A stretch of 51,022 nt of DNA, filler included, from Catajapyx aquilonaris (lineage: Eukaryota): assembly GCA_000934665.2 (NCBI GenBank). It is 2 parts of 2 records of this genome, joined end to end, with 100 filler letters (N's around TTAATTAATTAA, not from the genome) between each part and the next. Parts side by side here need not be neighbours in the genome. Positions count along the whole stretch, not along the records: positions 25,510 to 51,022 come from JYFJ02005367.1; 1 more part is not named here. One strand, written 5' to 3'. Below are positions 26,010 to 38,200 of the stretch, in pieces (position 1 is the stretch's first letter; every line of letters begins with the position of its first letter). Under the pieces are notes generated by a model. The model was not told where the DNA came from. It was given only the letters and a program-made list of their open reading frames with translations, and searched no databases. A program made the position numbers and the translations under genes.

Positions 26010-29000
26010 GTAAAAAAGAAAGAAGAAATGGGTATATCAAAAGTCAATAATGTGATGTACTCTTGAACAGTCGTCATACTGGTGATGGGTACCTGGTTCT
26101 GTGTTAAGTGGCGTTTTACTTTTTTGACTGTGTGTATGCTGTTCTGGTAACGTGTTTTCAATGACATGGGTGTAATAAATTGTGTGTCTTAGCCACATTG
26201 CGTAATTTTATGTGACATGTAAATGCTTGTTAAGAATATTACATAACACAAAGGGTGATTGAGGAGCAAAACACGACTTTCATCGCAAATGCGCGTCTTA
26301 CACCGTGATTAAATGGATGGCTGACTACCGGAAGGACGCAAAAACGCTATTTTTAAAGCGTTGTAACCTGCGAATGAGTCCTCCGAGCAGGACGTTTCCG
26401 CCATGAACGACAGCACATACTCCCCCGGGTTTGCGAGAAACTAAGTTGGCAAAAAAATTGCAAAAAAATGCAGACTGTCATGTTCAAGGGGAAAACTCAT
26501 GTTAGCGTCCCTGCCACCTATTTTGACCCCAAGGGGTCACATCAGTGGTCAGAATCACAGTTTGGGTCCAACTGGAAGACTGAAAGGCCACCCATCCTAC
26601 TGGGAGGACTTTCTTATGCTTTGGTCACACGTCCTGCTGGTAGCGCTACCTGCAGGACAGGAGGCCATCCACTTAATCATAATGTAACCACCTGCAATAA
26701 AATCTAACTCACTTGTCAGCATCTGACCTGTCCGTAGCTCTCCAAGGTAAGACTGAAACCTCTGCAACTATTGGCTGACCTTTTCTCGCAACATGATACC
26801 CTTATTGCAACCTGTTCCCTGCTGAATGAGTTCCTACAAATGCTTGTAAATGTATACATTGTGAAGAGTTGCTTATTAAGCTCCGGTTGAAATTCGGAGA
26901 GATTGTCTGAGTTTCATATGCGCCACTTTAATCTGGTGACATCAGTTAAGCTGCACCAAGCAGGCTTTACTGATATCACTATTCAAGCAGTGTGTGTAAA
27001 ACTGTAGACACTCGCTTGACGTTTCCCGCTTCAATTGCAGCATTTCTAAAAAAGAGTCTTGAGTAACCCTGGTTGGTGGGAATGAAGCATGCGGTTGCAG
27101 GTGGCTTGGACACCAGGGGACTCCTTGTCAAGGCCAGATGAAAATCCCCCACTTCAAACGCGATGTCAATCTGGATTAATCTTGGGATTGGTGGGGACAG
27201 GCAGGCGTTCAGGGGATGCATTAGCTTGAGCACTCTTTAGTTGGCCTGGGGCGCACTTGCAGGTAGGTATGATGAATGTCTGGGAGTTCCACGTATCTCC
27301 CAACTCACAGGTAGGACCCCTTTCCAACATTGGCTGATATAGTGAATGTAAGCATGCATTAGATACTGAAACAATGTAATATTTGCTCATTATTGAATCA
27401 ATTCCATGTCAAGTACCTCTCGTCATTGTGACATTGTTATGCTGCGACATACTGTAGTAGAAGCATGCTTCCATTTTAGTGGATGAAAATATAGGAAAAG
27501 GCTTTGTGTTGAAGGAGTGATCGAGCAATTGTACATTGTGCTCCAAGAAAAGCCGCCAATTAAGTTGAAAGGGGCTTCCAGGTGGGGAGCTACAGGTTGA
27601 GTCACGTGATTCCCATAGGGAAATGGTTATTGGCAGCGCATCCCAGGTGGGAGTACCAGGGAAAAAAGGTAATCAGGCGGAATTGGAAGGTGAATAAGGG
27701 AATTGGATGAGAGGCATTCGTCAGACACGAGGCCCATTTGGGCTTAGGTCAGTCCCTATTACCATTTCCAAGGGTATATTGCAATGGGGACTTTTCGGAA
27801 GGAAACATATCAGTTACGGTGATTATGCAACTAATTTAAGATCTGGTTGCTATATTTGTGAACACACAATCTCGGGTATTGGACGCATCATTATTTTTGG
27901 TACCGTCCCTGCTCCCACGCAGGTAATTACAATCGGAATTATTTTTTGACCTTTACGTGGGTTGCTCTGTTTGATACGAGTTGTTTCTACTAATTGGCTT
28001 CTAATATTTGCTGTACTTGTCATGCTGCATTCACACGGTCGTTGACTTCGCGGTCGTCGACACGAATCTTTCACACACACGTAAATTCTTAATTTGGGAA
28101 AACCAATCGACTCTTTGATTTGCAGATTGGCAGCCCTGCGTCCAAACACGAGCAAGATTTTAAGTAAGTTGGTTTGTTTTCCATCTCGGAAAATGTTTAA
28201 ATCCGATCTGGCATCGTTCAAACCGACACTTTGCATGGAAATGTATGGAAACCACAGAATCGTTAAAAAGAGTGGTGGGGAAGGGGGGGTAGACTTCCTT
28301 CTCCGATTGCTCTTTGGGAGTGACGTAAAAGGGACCGTCTCTCATTTAAATGCCATCCACTTCTGTCGGAACAGTCCTGACGTCCCAGTTGGCCCGGACT
28401 TGCTGAGGTTGCCAGTGACGATTCCCGTTTTGTCCCTGCTGTGTCGACCTGGTGATTACACCCTTTTGTTTCATTAGTGGGACTGGTGGATGGGGACAAT
28501 TCGCGACGGATTTGTACTGATATTTGGCGTGTCACGTCGTCGGTGCCTGCAGGGCCAGGATTGATTTGGACGTTGACGCATTTTGGGCTATCGGGAAAAT
28601 GGTATTTGCACACCACTTGGCTGGGTCGGAAAATGTTCGCGAACTTTTCTGGTGGATAGAAATGTAGGTCGACGAATTCACTCATTTGTAGAAGCTTAGC
28701 TGCAAAATGGAACTCGTGACGTGAATTTTACGGGACTGTCACAACAGTCCAATTTTGAGTGATTTGTGGCGGGGCTTGTAAAAGCTGCATTGTTGAATTG
28801 CTGTGCGAGTGAAGTGATTTACGAATCTCTTGATTCCCCGCTTGAATCGATAGTTAGCGGAAAAAATTTGAACAAAAAGTAATATTGCGATGCTATCTGG
28901 CGCTTATCTATAGTGTGTTGGGGGATACCCGATAGCGTGCGACGGATATAAATCAATTTCAATTTATTTCAGGACGCGCATCGTATACGCCGAGCGTAAT

Positions 29001-29178
29001 TATTAATTAACCCAGGGTAAATATTATCAGGGTAAGAGAAGTACACAGTGCACATAGCTGTTTTCTTGGGTATATAATGAAATCACACTCCTTGGACCGA
29101 GTGTAAATCAAATACCTCTTTGCTTGCCTTTGATGTAAACCTATATAGCATTGAAGACACGCGTACCGGATAGAAACA

Positions 29179-29262
29179 ATGAATTACAACAATTATGGAG
29201 CAGCGGCAGACGGATCGGACTCGGAAAGAGCGACTGAAGTGCCCAGTAACGTGGAATTTCAG
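29179..29262 (+). CDS. PDE10A: PDE10 candidate first coding exon (long isoform), [28 protein letters not shown]
   Basis: ATG to CAG|GTACAT, phase 0; preceded by acceptor at 29148 and an upstream GG|GTAAGA donor at 29031 in a CpG-rich region. Confidence 0.5.
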
Positions 29263-32200
29263 GTACATCAGTAGTTTGATGTGTTTAACGCAAAAATTAG
29301 TAGTTGCACTGTAGCCTTTTTTGAGCTTTGGGAAATAATCCGTAAGTAGTATGTCCGATTCATTCGGTCTAGTAAAGTTGAATGGCCCAAACGCATTTCT
29401 CTACTTAGCATGGGTCTATTGTCCTATCTACGCCCACGGGCTGAAATTGAGTTGATGGTGTATGCTGGTGCACTGACAATGACGGGCTTTTTCATGGATG
29501 ATTGGTTTTCTTCCATGCAATATTGAAATCCAGAAGCCTTGCTGGCTCTTTCAAAAATGCCTGAATCATTTTTGTGCAATCCGAGCGAGAGCTACAAGCT
29601 TACTGATTATTATGAAAGATGCGAAATTTTGCACAGTGAATTCGTAGCAGGTAACACACAAAGGAGTCAGATGGAGAATATTGTGTATAGCTTTTAACAC
29701 GAATTTTTCTATGAATTTAATGTTACTCAATGTATGAAACATATGTGTCGGATCCAACTCACGAAACTTCCATCGCCTCAGCTTCACCTCTGAATTGTAG
29801 ACAGAACTGTGCTGTACTTGAATGGCTGTATTCAAAGACACCTGCCAACATCATTAATGTCAGAAAATGGACATTGATTATCCCACCAGACCTGGATAGT
29901 CATGGACCATGGCAGATTGTAGCCATTATATGCACTTCAAAGACTGCATTAGCTGAATATCCTAACCAGCATGGGCTGGGTCGAGGCCTGGAGGGGGAAA
30001 GGTCGCGGGGGATGGGGCGAAGTCACCCGATCTATTCACCGAAGCTTTCTGGCAAAATGTCGATTGTGCAGCCACTCGACCAGAAGACTGCTGGGTACAT
30101 TTTTCAAATCTAATTCTAAACGCATGGGGGATTCTATGGCTTTGTAATATTATTTGGTTCTATGCTCGCGGAAATATTTGTACTATATCGCTCAAAATCG
30201 TCTCCATGTTTTTGAGCGATATAGTACAGGAAAAAGTCATGATGCTAAGAGGGAAAATGCTTGATGTTGATTCCATCCTGTGTCTGCACTGGCTGCCATT
30301 ATACAATGAATATAAAAATTGATTGAAGTATTAGATTTCCCAAGTAAAATCGTTGTTATGAGAATGAATTCAATCTGCGATCATCTGCGCGTGTATGTTG
30401 CGTTAGTCTAAGGATATATGATCTCTTGCGGTTTCTTGCTAAACTTTCATAGTCCGGCCTGTATTGATCGAAGAAGCTGCAAAAATAGCACTGCATCACG
30501 TGTCAGATGTATGATGTTATGTAGACTTTTGTGGTGTGTTTATTTTGCGTATGTTCATTGTTGCATGATAAAGCTTCACCTATTGAGTCTAATCCCCTAT
30601 GCCACACGTGACTGTTCCATATTCAGATCCAAATTGTGGTGAGCCCCGCTGAAGAGAGAAGATGTGGAGCTGAGGTGACTGTGACAGCCACAACACCATC
30701 GCGCCTTATGACCAACCGAAGATTACCTCCTCTTCTTACTGCCTCTGGTAACGTCTCTAATCTTCATTATTTTGGACCCCCCTCCGTCACTTAATCGCAG
30801 AAAGTAGATAATAAATGAACCAGCCATCTGCCACGTGTTTGCACTTTGCTACGACCAACATGAGGATTCACCTCGCACTTCATTCTCCCTTTGTGTCAAA
30901 ACCACTCTTTATAATTGATCCTCACAATGATCTGAAGCACCATATGCCCAGCCATCTGCGAACATTCATTCCGATAATCTCCTTGAAAGTGTCGGAGGTT
31001 CGCGAATATGGGATTTCGCAACAATACAATTCCTCTTTGTTTGTGGAGGTTCCCGAGACTCGAGTCCATCCGGGAGCAGAAATTCGGCAACTTCTTCGCC
31101 GTCAAGCCGCACCAGCCGGTCGCCATACCACCAGTTCTGCGTGCCTTATCAGGGGCTGACAGCCCCGGGGCGACCCGCAGTCACCAGGAGAGCCCCTAGG
31201 GTCGTGCCCCCATTGACATTCGGACAGAAGCAGCAGCCAGAGAACAGTAAGTAGACGACACCATGAGCTATCTTCCTCTTCTCTCGCTGCTGCTGCTTCT
31301 CTCTGGCTCTTCCTTTCTATTCATTTTTTACAGGTCATGTCGCACTTTATGTACTGTATATACATATAGTTTTTAGTATTGCCTGCTGCCTCGAGCTGAA
31401 TTTTGCAATAATGGCCCAATTTTCCTGTCAGATGTCAAATATGTCTTGACACGTTCACTTCTGAAACCGTTTGGCTTGTCACGTCTGATATTGGCGGAGG
31501 CAATGGGTGCGTTTAATGCACGTCGGAAAAGCGTGAGAGAAAAGGCAATCGGTGCCAAGCATCGACATTTTTCCCGATGATGTGGAAATACGTGGGAGAA
31601 AAGCCCGAAGTGGAAAAGCGCGCGGTGAGTAGAAAAGCTGTATGGTAATGACTTCGAAGGGAATTATACGCTTCTGGGAACAAATTCACGGAGGAACTGC
31701 CGTTGAAAGCAGCAGATTCGTCTCTGTCGGGAAGTGGCGCAGCTTCGTGCTAATTTGCGACTCCATTTATCATCGACGGCCCTAAGACCTCCGTGTTAGC
31801 AACCTGCAATTTTGATTCCCGCTAAGGCCATCATCATTATTTAATATGCTTATCCCACATTTTCATATCGCCAGGAGAAAGCGAATCCCAGATTTCAAAA
31901 GCTGGGTGGACCACACACTGAATCGATTGTTGCAGTGTTTCAGAAATTCCTTCTCATTATAAGACATTTCAGAATCAAACTACCCTGTTGAAAATTGCTA
32001 CTGTAAATATCAGTCCCGCCGAACAGTGACTTTAGTTACTGTACTTGTACGGATATAAAACTACACCCCTTCTGTCCTGTTAGCACGCCTTGCATGCCGC
32101 CTTTTGCAGAATGAAATGGGGCTTTTCCGAGTGATATAAGTTTTACAGTCCTAGTCCTGACAGTCACAAAACTGTCGTAGTGCAAATGGGAACTCCAATA

Positions 32201-35200
32201 TTATTTTCTTCTCAGACCCAAGTTGGGTGGAGCTTTCACGGGCTACTGGAACACTGACCTATTATTGGAATCTGTATCTGTTGATTCGTGTAATAAAAAA
32301 ATCTGCCCGGATCGTGAACAGTGCAACTAAAATGCCGCCCTATCTGCAGTTTCTAAGGTGTTGCATTACACGTCCTTTGGTAAACCACAACTTCCTGTTG
32401 ACTAGTTTAATCCTCATGTTTCCGTCTGAATGCCTCCGTGTAACATTGTCCCCACCAGAAACGACTTGCCATCAAAGCGAGTGCTGGTAAATTAAATTAC
32501 GTTCATAGTAACTGGTCACATGCACGTCCATATCCCAGTACAGCAATTGTCCTCCATATTTTTCCGGCGCAATCAGTCTTGAAAGCGCCAGAAACAGAGC
32601 AGAGCACTTGAGAGCTCCCAATGATGTAAGTGCTAGGAGTGTATATAGGGAGGAGATTCTGCTGGGGGTTTGACGTCACCAAGGGAAGGCAGGACACACG
32701 CACGTACACATGTGCAGTAGGTGTGAGAACGTGGAGGAGCAAGCACGAGGCTCTCTGATCTTTACGAGAAACACTATGGGGAGCTGTGTCAAGATCGGAA
32801 TAGGTAGGAATATATGCAAACGTTTTAAAAACAAATGGGCAGTGTGCCATGGGTCGTTAGACTAAAAGGTAGCGAAAATGTCGTCAACGTCGCATGAAGT
32901 TGATGGACTCAGGCCCCGTGACCTTTTCCCTCCCAAAAAACCGCTGGTGACGTTAAAACTTACGGACCGCAAAATTGATGCAAATGTTCTGGCGGGAAGG
33001 TCTGGTTAGCGCGACCTTTAGGCGGTGTTTACTAACACATCCTTTTATAACAGGATTGCAATTACGAGAGAGCGAATGGCGCACGTGCTCGCATATGTCT
33101 GCTAATTTATACTACGTATACGCTTTGCCAGTTTGCCATGAACCAGAACTTGTCGATGTGTATATAGAATATTGTTGAAACTATACCCAGCAACTGCCGG
33201 TTTGTCTTCAATCCTCGGATCCCGATGAAATATTTTCCCAACCCAAATCGACTTCACGTGCGATCCACATGCACACGGTATCAAACATAACCCAATTTGC
33301 ACATCATAAATTCGTGGACTTTGCAATTCGCTGAATTGATAACTATTGCTTTAAAAAATAAGCAGCTAAGGCTATTGCAACTGGAACACCCTGTAATAAT
33401 ATATCTAATCTCATTCGGAAACAGAGTGGGCTTGGAGCTAACGAGGTGGAAATAAGCCGCAATTAGTCTCCAGGGTATGGATCCAGACTGATGCTGCCTT
33501 GGGCACCATCCGCTCAAATCTCATTACAGAGCTACAAAAGTGCCTGCCTTGGATCCGCTTCTCAAAACAATTTTCCTTTCCGCAAAAAAAAAAAAAAAGT
33601 CAAAAAAGAAGAAGAAAAAACTTTATAGCCAGAAATTTAATGATGGTTCTCTCAACGCAACTGCGTCAGACTCTAACGATGTAATCGTCGTATGTGATCC
33701 TGTAATGTGTGTTGGACATCCTAGAAGGTAATTGCCCTTGCTCTATTCCCTGCACGAATAGATAATTCAATCATAATTGGCAGTGTCCCCATAACTTACG
33801 CGTTATTGGATAATTTTCTGAAAATACGATGGCCGATAAATCACTGAACACAAAACTGCGAATCGGTGATTTACTGCTGGGAGTCAATTAAGTTAATGAC
33901 TCCTGATTTAGGCACGGATTTAATCGAGTAAGGAAGCTATCGCTCCATGATAATCACTAACGGAGCAGGTGTGAGATGATCAGCTAAGTGCCAATTAATA
34001 CACCCGTATTATCCGGTTAACTATAGAGATATTTTCATCGAAATTTACTGTTTGTTCTTATTTTTCCACCTGTGAGCATCCGTATTTTCCCGCTGTGCAA
34101 ATGGGTGAATATGTGTGTGTGGGACTGCATGACATAACTGGACAGTCGCCAAAGGGTCACCGCGTGTCAGCCGACATGACGACCTCCAAAGAACTCTTAT
34201 CTTCCCAGTTGAAGTAGGTCGCTATTGTCATTTTCTCTCCCTTTTTTCTCACCTTTCCCTTCTAATGCCACCACGGCAGAGTGTTCGCTTCATATCTAAA
34301 CGGGCGTGACTTTTAATTTTCATAGTCCCACGCCCTGCTTTTTTTAGAGCCTGGATGAGGCGATAACCCATGACACCAGCAATGTGTATTATTGCACATG
34401 TTAGTTATTAATTTGGTAATCCAGATATGCCTGATTTTTTGGTTCAATTTTGTAAATGTTTTTTATGAGCAAATGAATGATCAAAAATCTAACAACTGTA
34501 CTACATGTAGGACGCTAGGCATATCTGTGTTAATTTGTCATTAATACGTGTCTTTCAACACTACTTTAATATTATGGAAATATTACGATGAAGATACGCG
34601 CTGATTATATAAAATAATAATCCACCTACTAAGAAACTTTAAAGGCATCACATGCCTATGAGTTTACCGTGGTTTGATTAATTACTGGCGACTGAGCAAC
34701 GCCCCACAAAAAATCCAAGAAAAGTTTATTAATTTTTGTGCACGTCATTAACCTTTGACCTTCCATGAATATTAAGTTACGAACTTTTTTTTCCGCGACA
34801 TAGTTGAAATAAGGCAACAGGTACTGTTTCTCTCAGGTGGGACTTTGTTGTGGGGAGAGGAGGGGGTTGAAGAGGGAATCGATAAAGTGGGAGGGATAGT
34901 GAAGAGGGGGTTGGTGGTGGGGTGCGCTGTAGAGGCGGGGGAGATGGATGATAGTGTGAGCTGTGACAGTTGAGGTCTTGGTTTCAGACGGTTTGGTCGA
35001 GAATCAACAGGTCCCCAGTGGCCACCGCGAAATGTGAACTTAGGTCGTCCAGATAATGTGCGACATTGTTAAAGAGGAGGAGGAGGAAGATGTGGAGGAA
35101 CAGGAGGATGAAGAGCAGCAACATCAGGAAGATCGACGGTCCAAATGGGGTCTCAGGGGGGTCTTGGGTCATGTTTGTGCCATGCTGTTGCCCAGAGTCT

Positions 35201-38200
35201 TCAAGAGGAACAAACGCAAGGACACCCCAGGCCAGTTTCATATTGTTACATATAAGGAAACATAATCCGGACTTCTCAGTGTCGGGGGACATAATTAGAC
35301 AAATTGAGTCTGCTGGAGGGCAAGCGAACTTTATACTCCGGGTATGGCCCCAGATGTTGAGTGATTAGTTTAACGCAATTGTGTGCTTCAAAAGGATCAA
35401 TCCTGACCGAGACAGAAACGTGCTGCATTCGGCGTAATGAGCAATTCCGATGGCAGACTAGAGGGGATTATATAGCTATGGTTAACAAGACAGCGTTGCA
35501 ATGGGGCTGTTTGGTTGATTGTCCCCATGAGGGCATGTGTTTTTTTTCATCACGTGTGTGCACACACACAGGACGAGTGCACACAAGCGGATTTTCACTT
35601 TGTCGGCCTACGCAGGAGGGGGAATTATGTTGGTGGTTTTGCGGTTCTTTTCGGGTCACGGACTCACTTTGCCCAACTTTTCCGGTGGATTTGATTCGCT
35701 TCTGTGTGGCGATTTTATGGCGCGATGGGTGCGATGAAAACATGGTCTTATCCGGTTGGAATAATTGCGGGACCGAATTCAGATGCCATGTGCGCAGAGA
35801 TTTGCGAACGTCGCAACAGGCGACAAACAAATGTTGATCCGCAATTGTGTTGCACCTGTCGAGCATGCTGTGTACTCTGAATGGTACAGTGCACATCGGT
35901 TCAATTTGACAGACTTCGCTCACAGCATTGGCATATACAGTACGTACAGTAGTGACCACATAAGCATGCCTGCATGTGAATAAGTGACATTTAAATGCAA
36001 GTCTGATGAGGCTAAAAAGTTGGATTAGTCGAATCTGGCTTGAATTAGTTCCCTTTGGCAGACAGCAGCAGTCCTCATAATCGAATTACGCGACAGATGG
36101 GTCCAAGGGGGTCCTTTTGTCTCTCCTTCCGCTGCTACCGAGATGGAATTGTCAAAAGGTTTCGACTGGGAACCAGGTGGGAAGATCTATTTACACTCCT
36201 TCTCTATACACTAGAAATGCACTAGGGGACACCTCAACATAAATTGCAATTGTTGTGTACCATCCACTCTGTGCAGATTGGTGGCGACAGCTCATTTTAA
36301 TTTCCCGACTAGGAACCGTGTGACTGCATCCTGAACCTCGTTATTCACTTCCCCATGCTGCTTTTTATTCGACATGACGACACCATCGATTATTTTATGA
36401 TGTGCATTTTTAATTTTTCAGCCGCCGGGCCTTTTCACGTAATTTTGTCCTCCCAAGCTACGCGGGGGTGGAAGGGAAGAAAACTTAAAAAATGCAAGCA
36501 AATTGGCCACACTTAGAATGATGAGGTGCGATCATTTTCTATATAGCTCTCAGCATTTGCTCCAAAATATCTGGGTCTCGAAACTTCTGCAAACTTGCCT
36601 TACCGCGGCATTACCGCTCCAGGGTCCGAAAATTTGATGTGGGATTATAAATATGATCGAAACTTTCCAAAGTGGTTCCATCTCGCATCCCCGTATAACA
36701 AGCTTGGAGAAAATATGATGGGAAAAACAGGTTCCTCGTTCCTATATAAGTGAGGCACATTTTTTTTCCCTCCCTTGAAGATCGATTGGGTCGTGAACAT
36801 GCATTCTTCGTCGATGGTTCAGTGACGGTGTGAAGAGCTGTATATATTTTGACCCTACGTGGTATGCTACATGGTGCGCACCAGTGAGGCCCTTTTCAGT
36901 TGGAACTTTTTTTTGGGGGGCCAAGTCACATTTCCATGCACCATCAGATTCCCTTTGAAACTTATATCGACATTCTATGTCCTCCAGAACGGAAATTCGA
37001 TCCGATTTTTCCCCCAGTAAATCTGGGTGGCATCAAAGGATCGGGCCAGGCAAACGTGATAATAAGGAGATTTATGTGTTTACCCTTCTGCGACCACTTA
37101 TCCCCGAGGCGGATTTTCTCTCTGCATGTGTCGTCCAGCAAAAATTCAGGGCTTTGAGAAGAGCCTTGCTGGATTATCCGTAGCGTCCAGGCTTTAGGGA
37201 AGAAATAGAAGGTGACTATTTCCATCGGTTTCCAATAGCCGGAAGGAATCACCGTAGCAGAGCCTATTTTGCCAGCCCCTTCCTCTCTCAAAGACCATTG
37301 GAAATAAATTGGTATCCAAGATCCTTTCTAACTGGTTCCGAATGGGATTCGTTTCCTGTTGCTCTTTGAAGTCGCACGTGTTGGAGTTTTTAAAAAGGAT
37401 TGACTTTTATCCTTCAAACGGTGTTTGAGAAGTGATTTTTAGGAAATGTCTGCTGGAATGTTGGTGGAGTTATTTTGCGCCTGTTCCCCAGTTTTATTGA
37501 TGTGCCTGGAAATATTCTGGCAGTGAGTCTATATGGGAATAATTACGAGCGTGTTTAATTTTGCTCTTTGCAGGACAAACTCCAGGGACATCGTCGGTGG
37601 GCGTGAATGGAAACGGAAGAATGGTCCTTAAAAGCACCTCGTACGACAACCTCCAAGGTAAAGAAGAAAAAAAAACTGTTTGCTTCTGACTTTGTTTGTG
37701 CAGGCAACTGATGAAAGAATTTAAAGGCGAGCTTCATGCTAGCTACCACAAACAAACAGTGCAATACTGTGTTTACCACAAGTGTAACGCTCTGCCTTTA
37801 TAAACCAATTTGGCAACAGGTTAAGTACCAATTATGTTTCATTTTCAGAACTCTCAGATGAGCAGGTTGGTGGATACTTGAGGGATAATCCTGACTTCTT
37901 GGAGCAGTTTGTAATGGAGGAGGTAGAACTTGAGCAGCTCGAGAGATGGATGATACGTCGTATGCAGAGGGCCAAAACGAGAACCGAACCTAATGGTAAG
38001 TCTACATTATTTCATCATTAGTTGCCAATCAATACCCGGTTTTTTTATGCTAAAAGTTGGAACGAAGGTAGCTGCTCCGAAAAGTCTGACTGCGTGCAGT
38101 AATGTATCATAGATGAAAAATCGGGTTCAGAGGGAGAGATCATACTGCCGTCATAAAGAGAGCAAGAAGAGGCTATGAATTTTTTTACTGCATGTATTTG

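Noticed and set aside
26600..27400. Possible decayed transposase on the minus strand
   Set aside because: Multiple stops in all frames and no diagnostic motif; would need BLASTX
36003..36060. Hammerhead-ribozyme-like CTGATGA-GGCTAA..TTAGTC-GAA
   Set aside because: Stem II forms, but the core reads GAAT rather than GAAA and I cannot build convincing stems I and III
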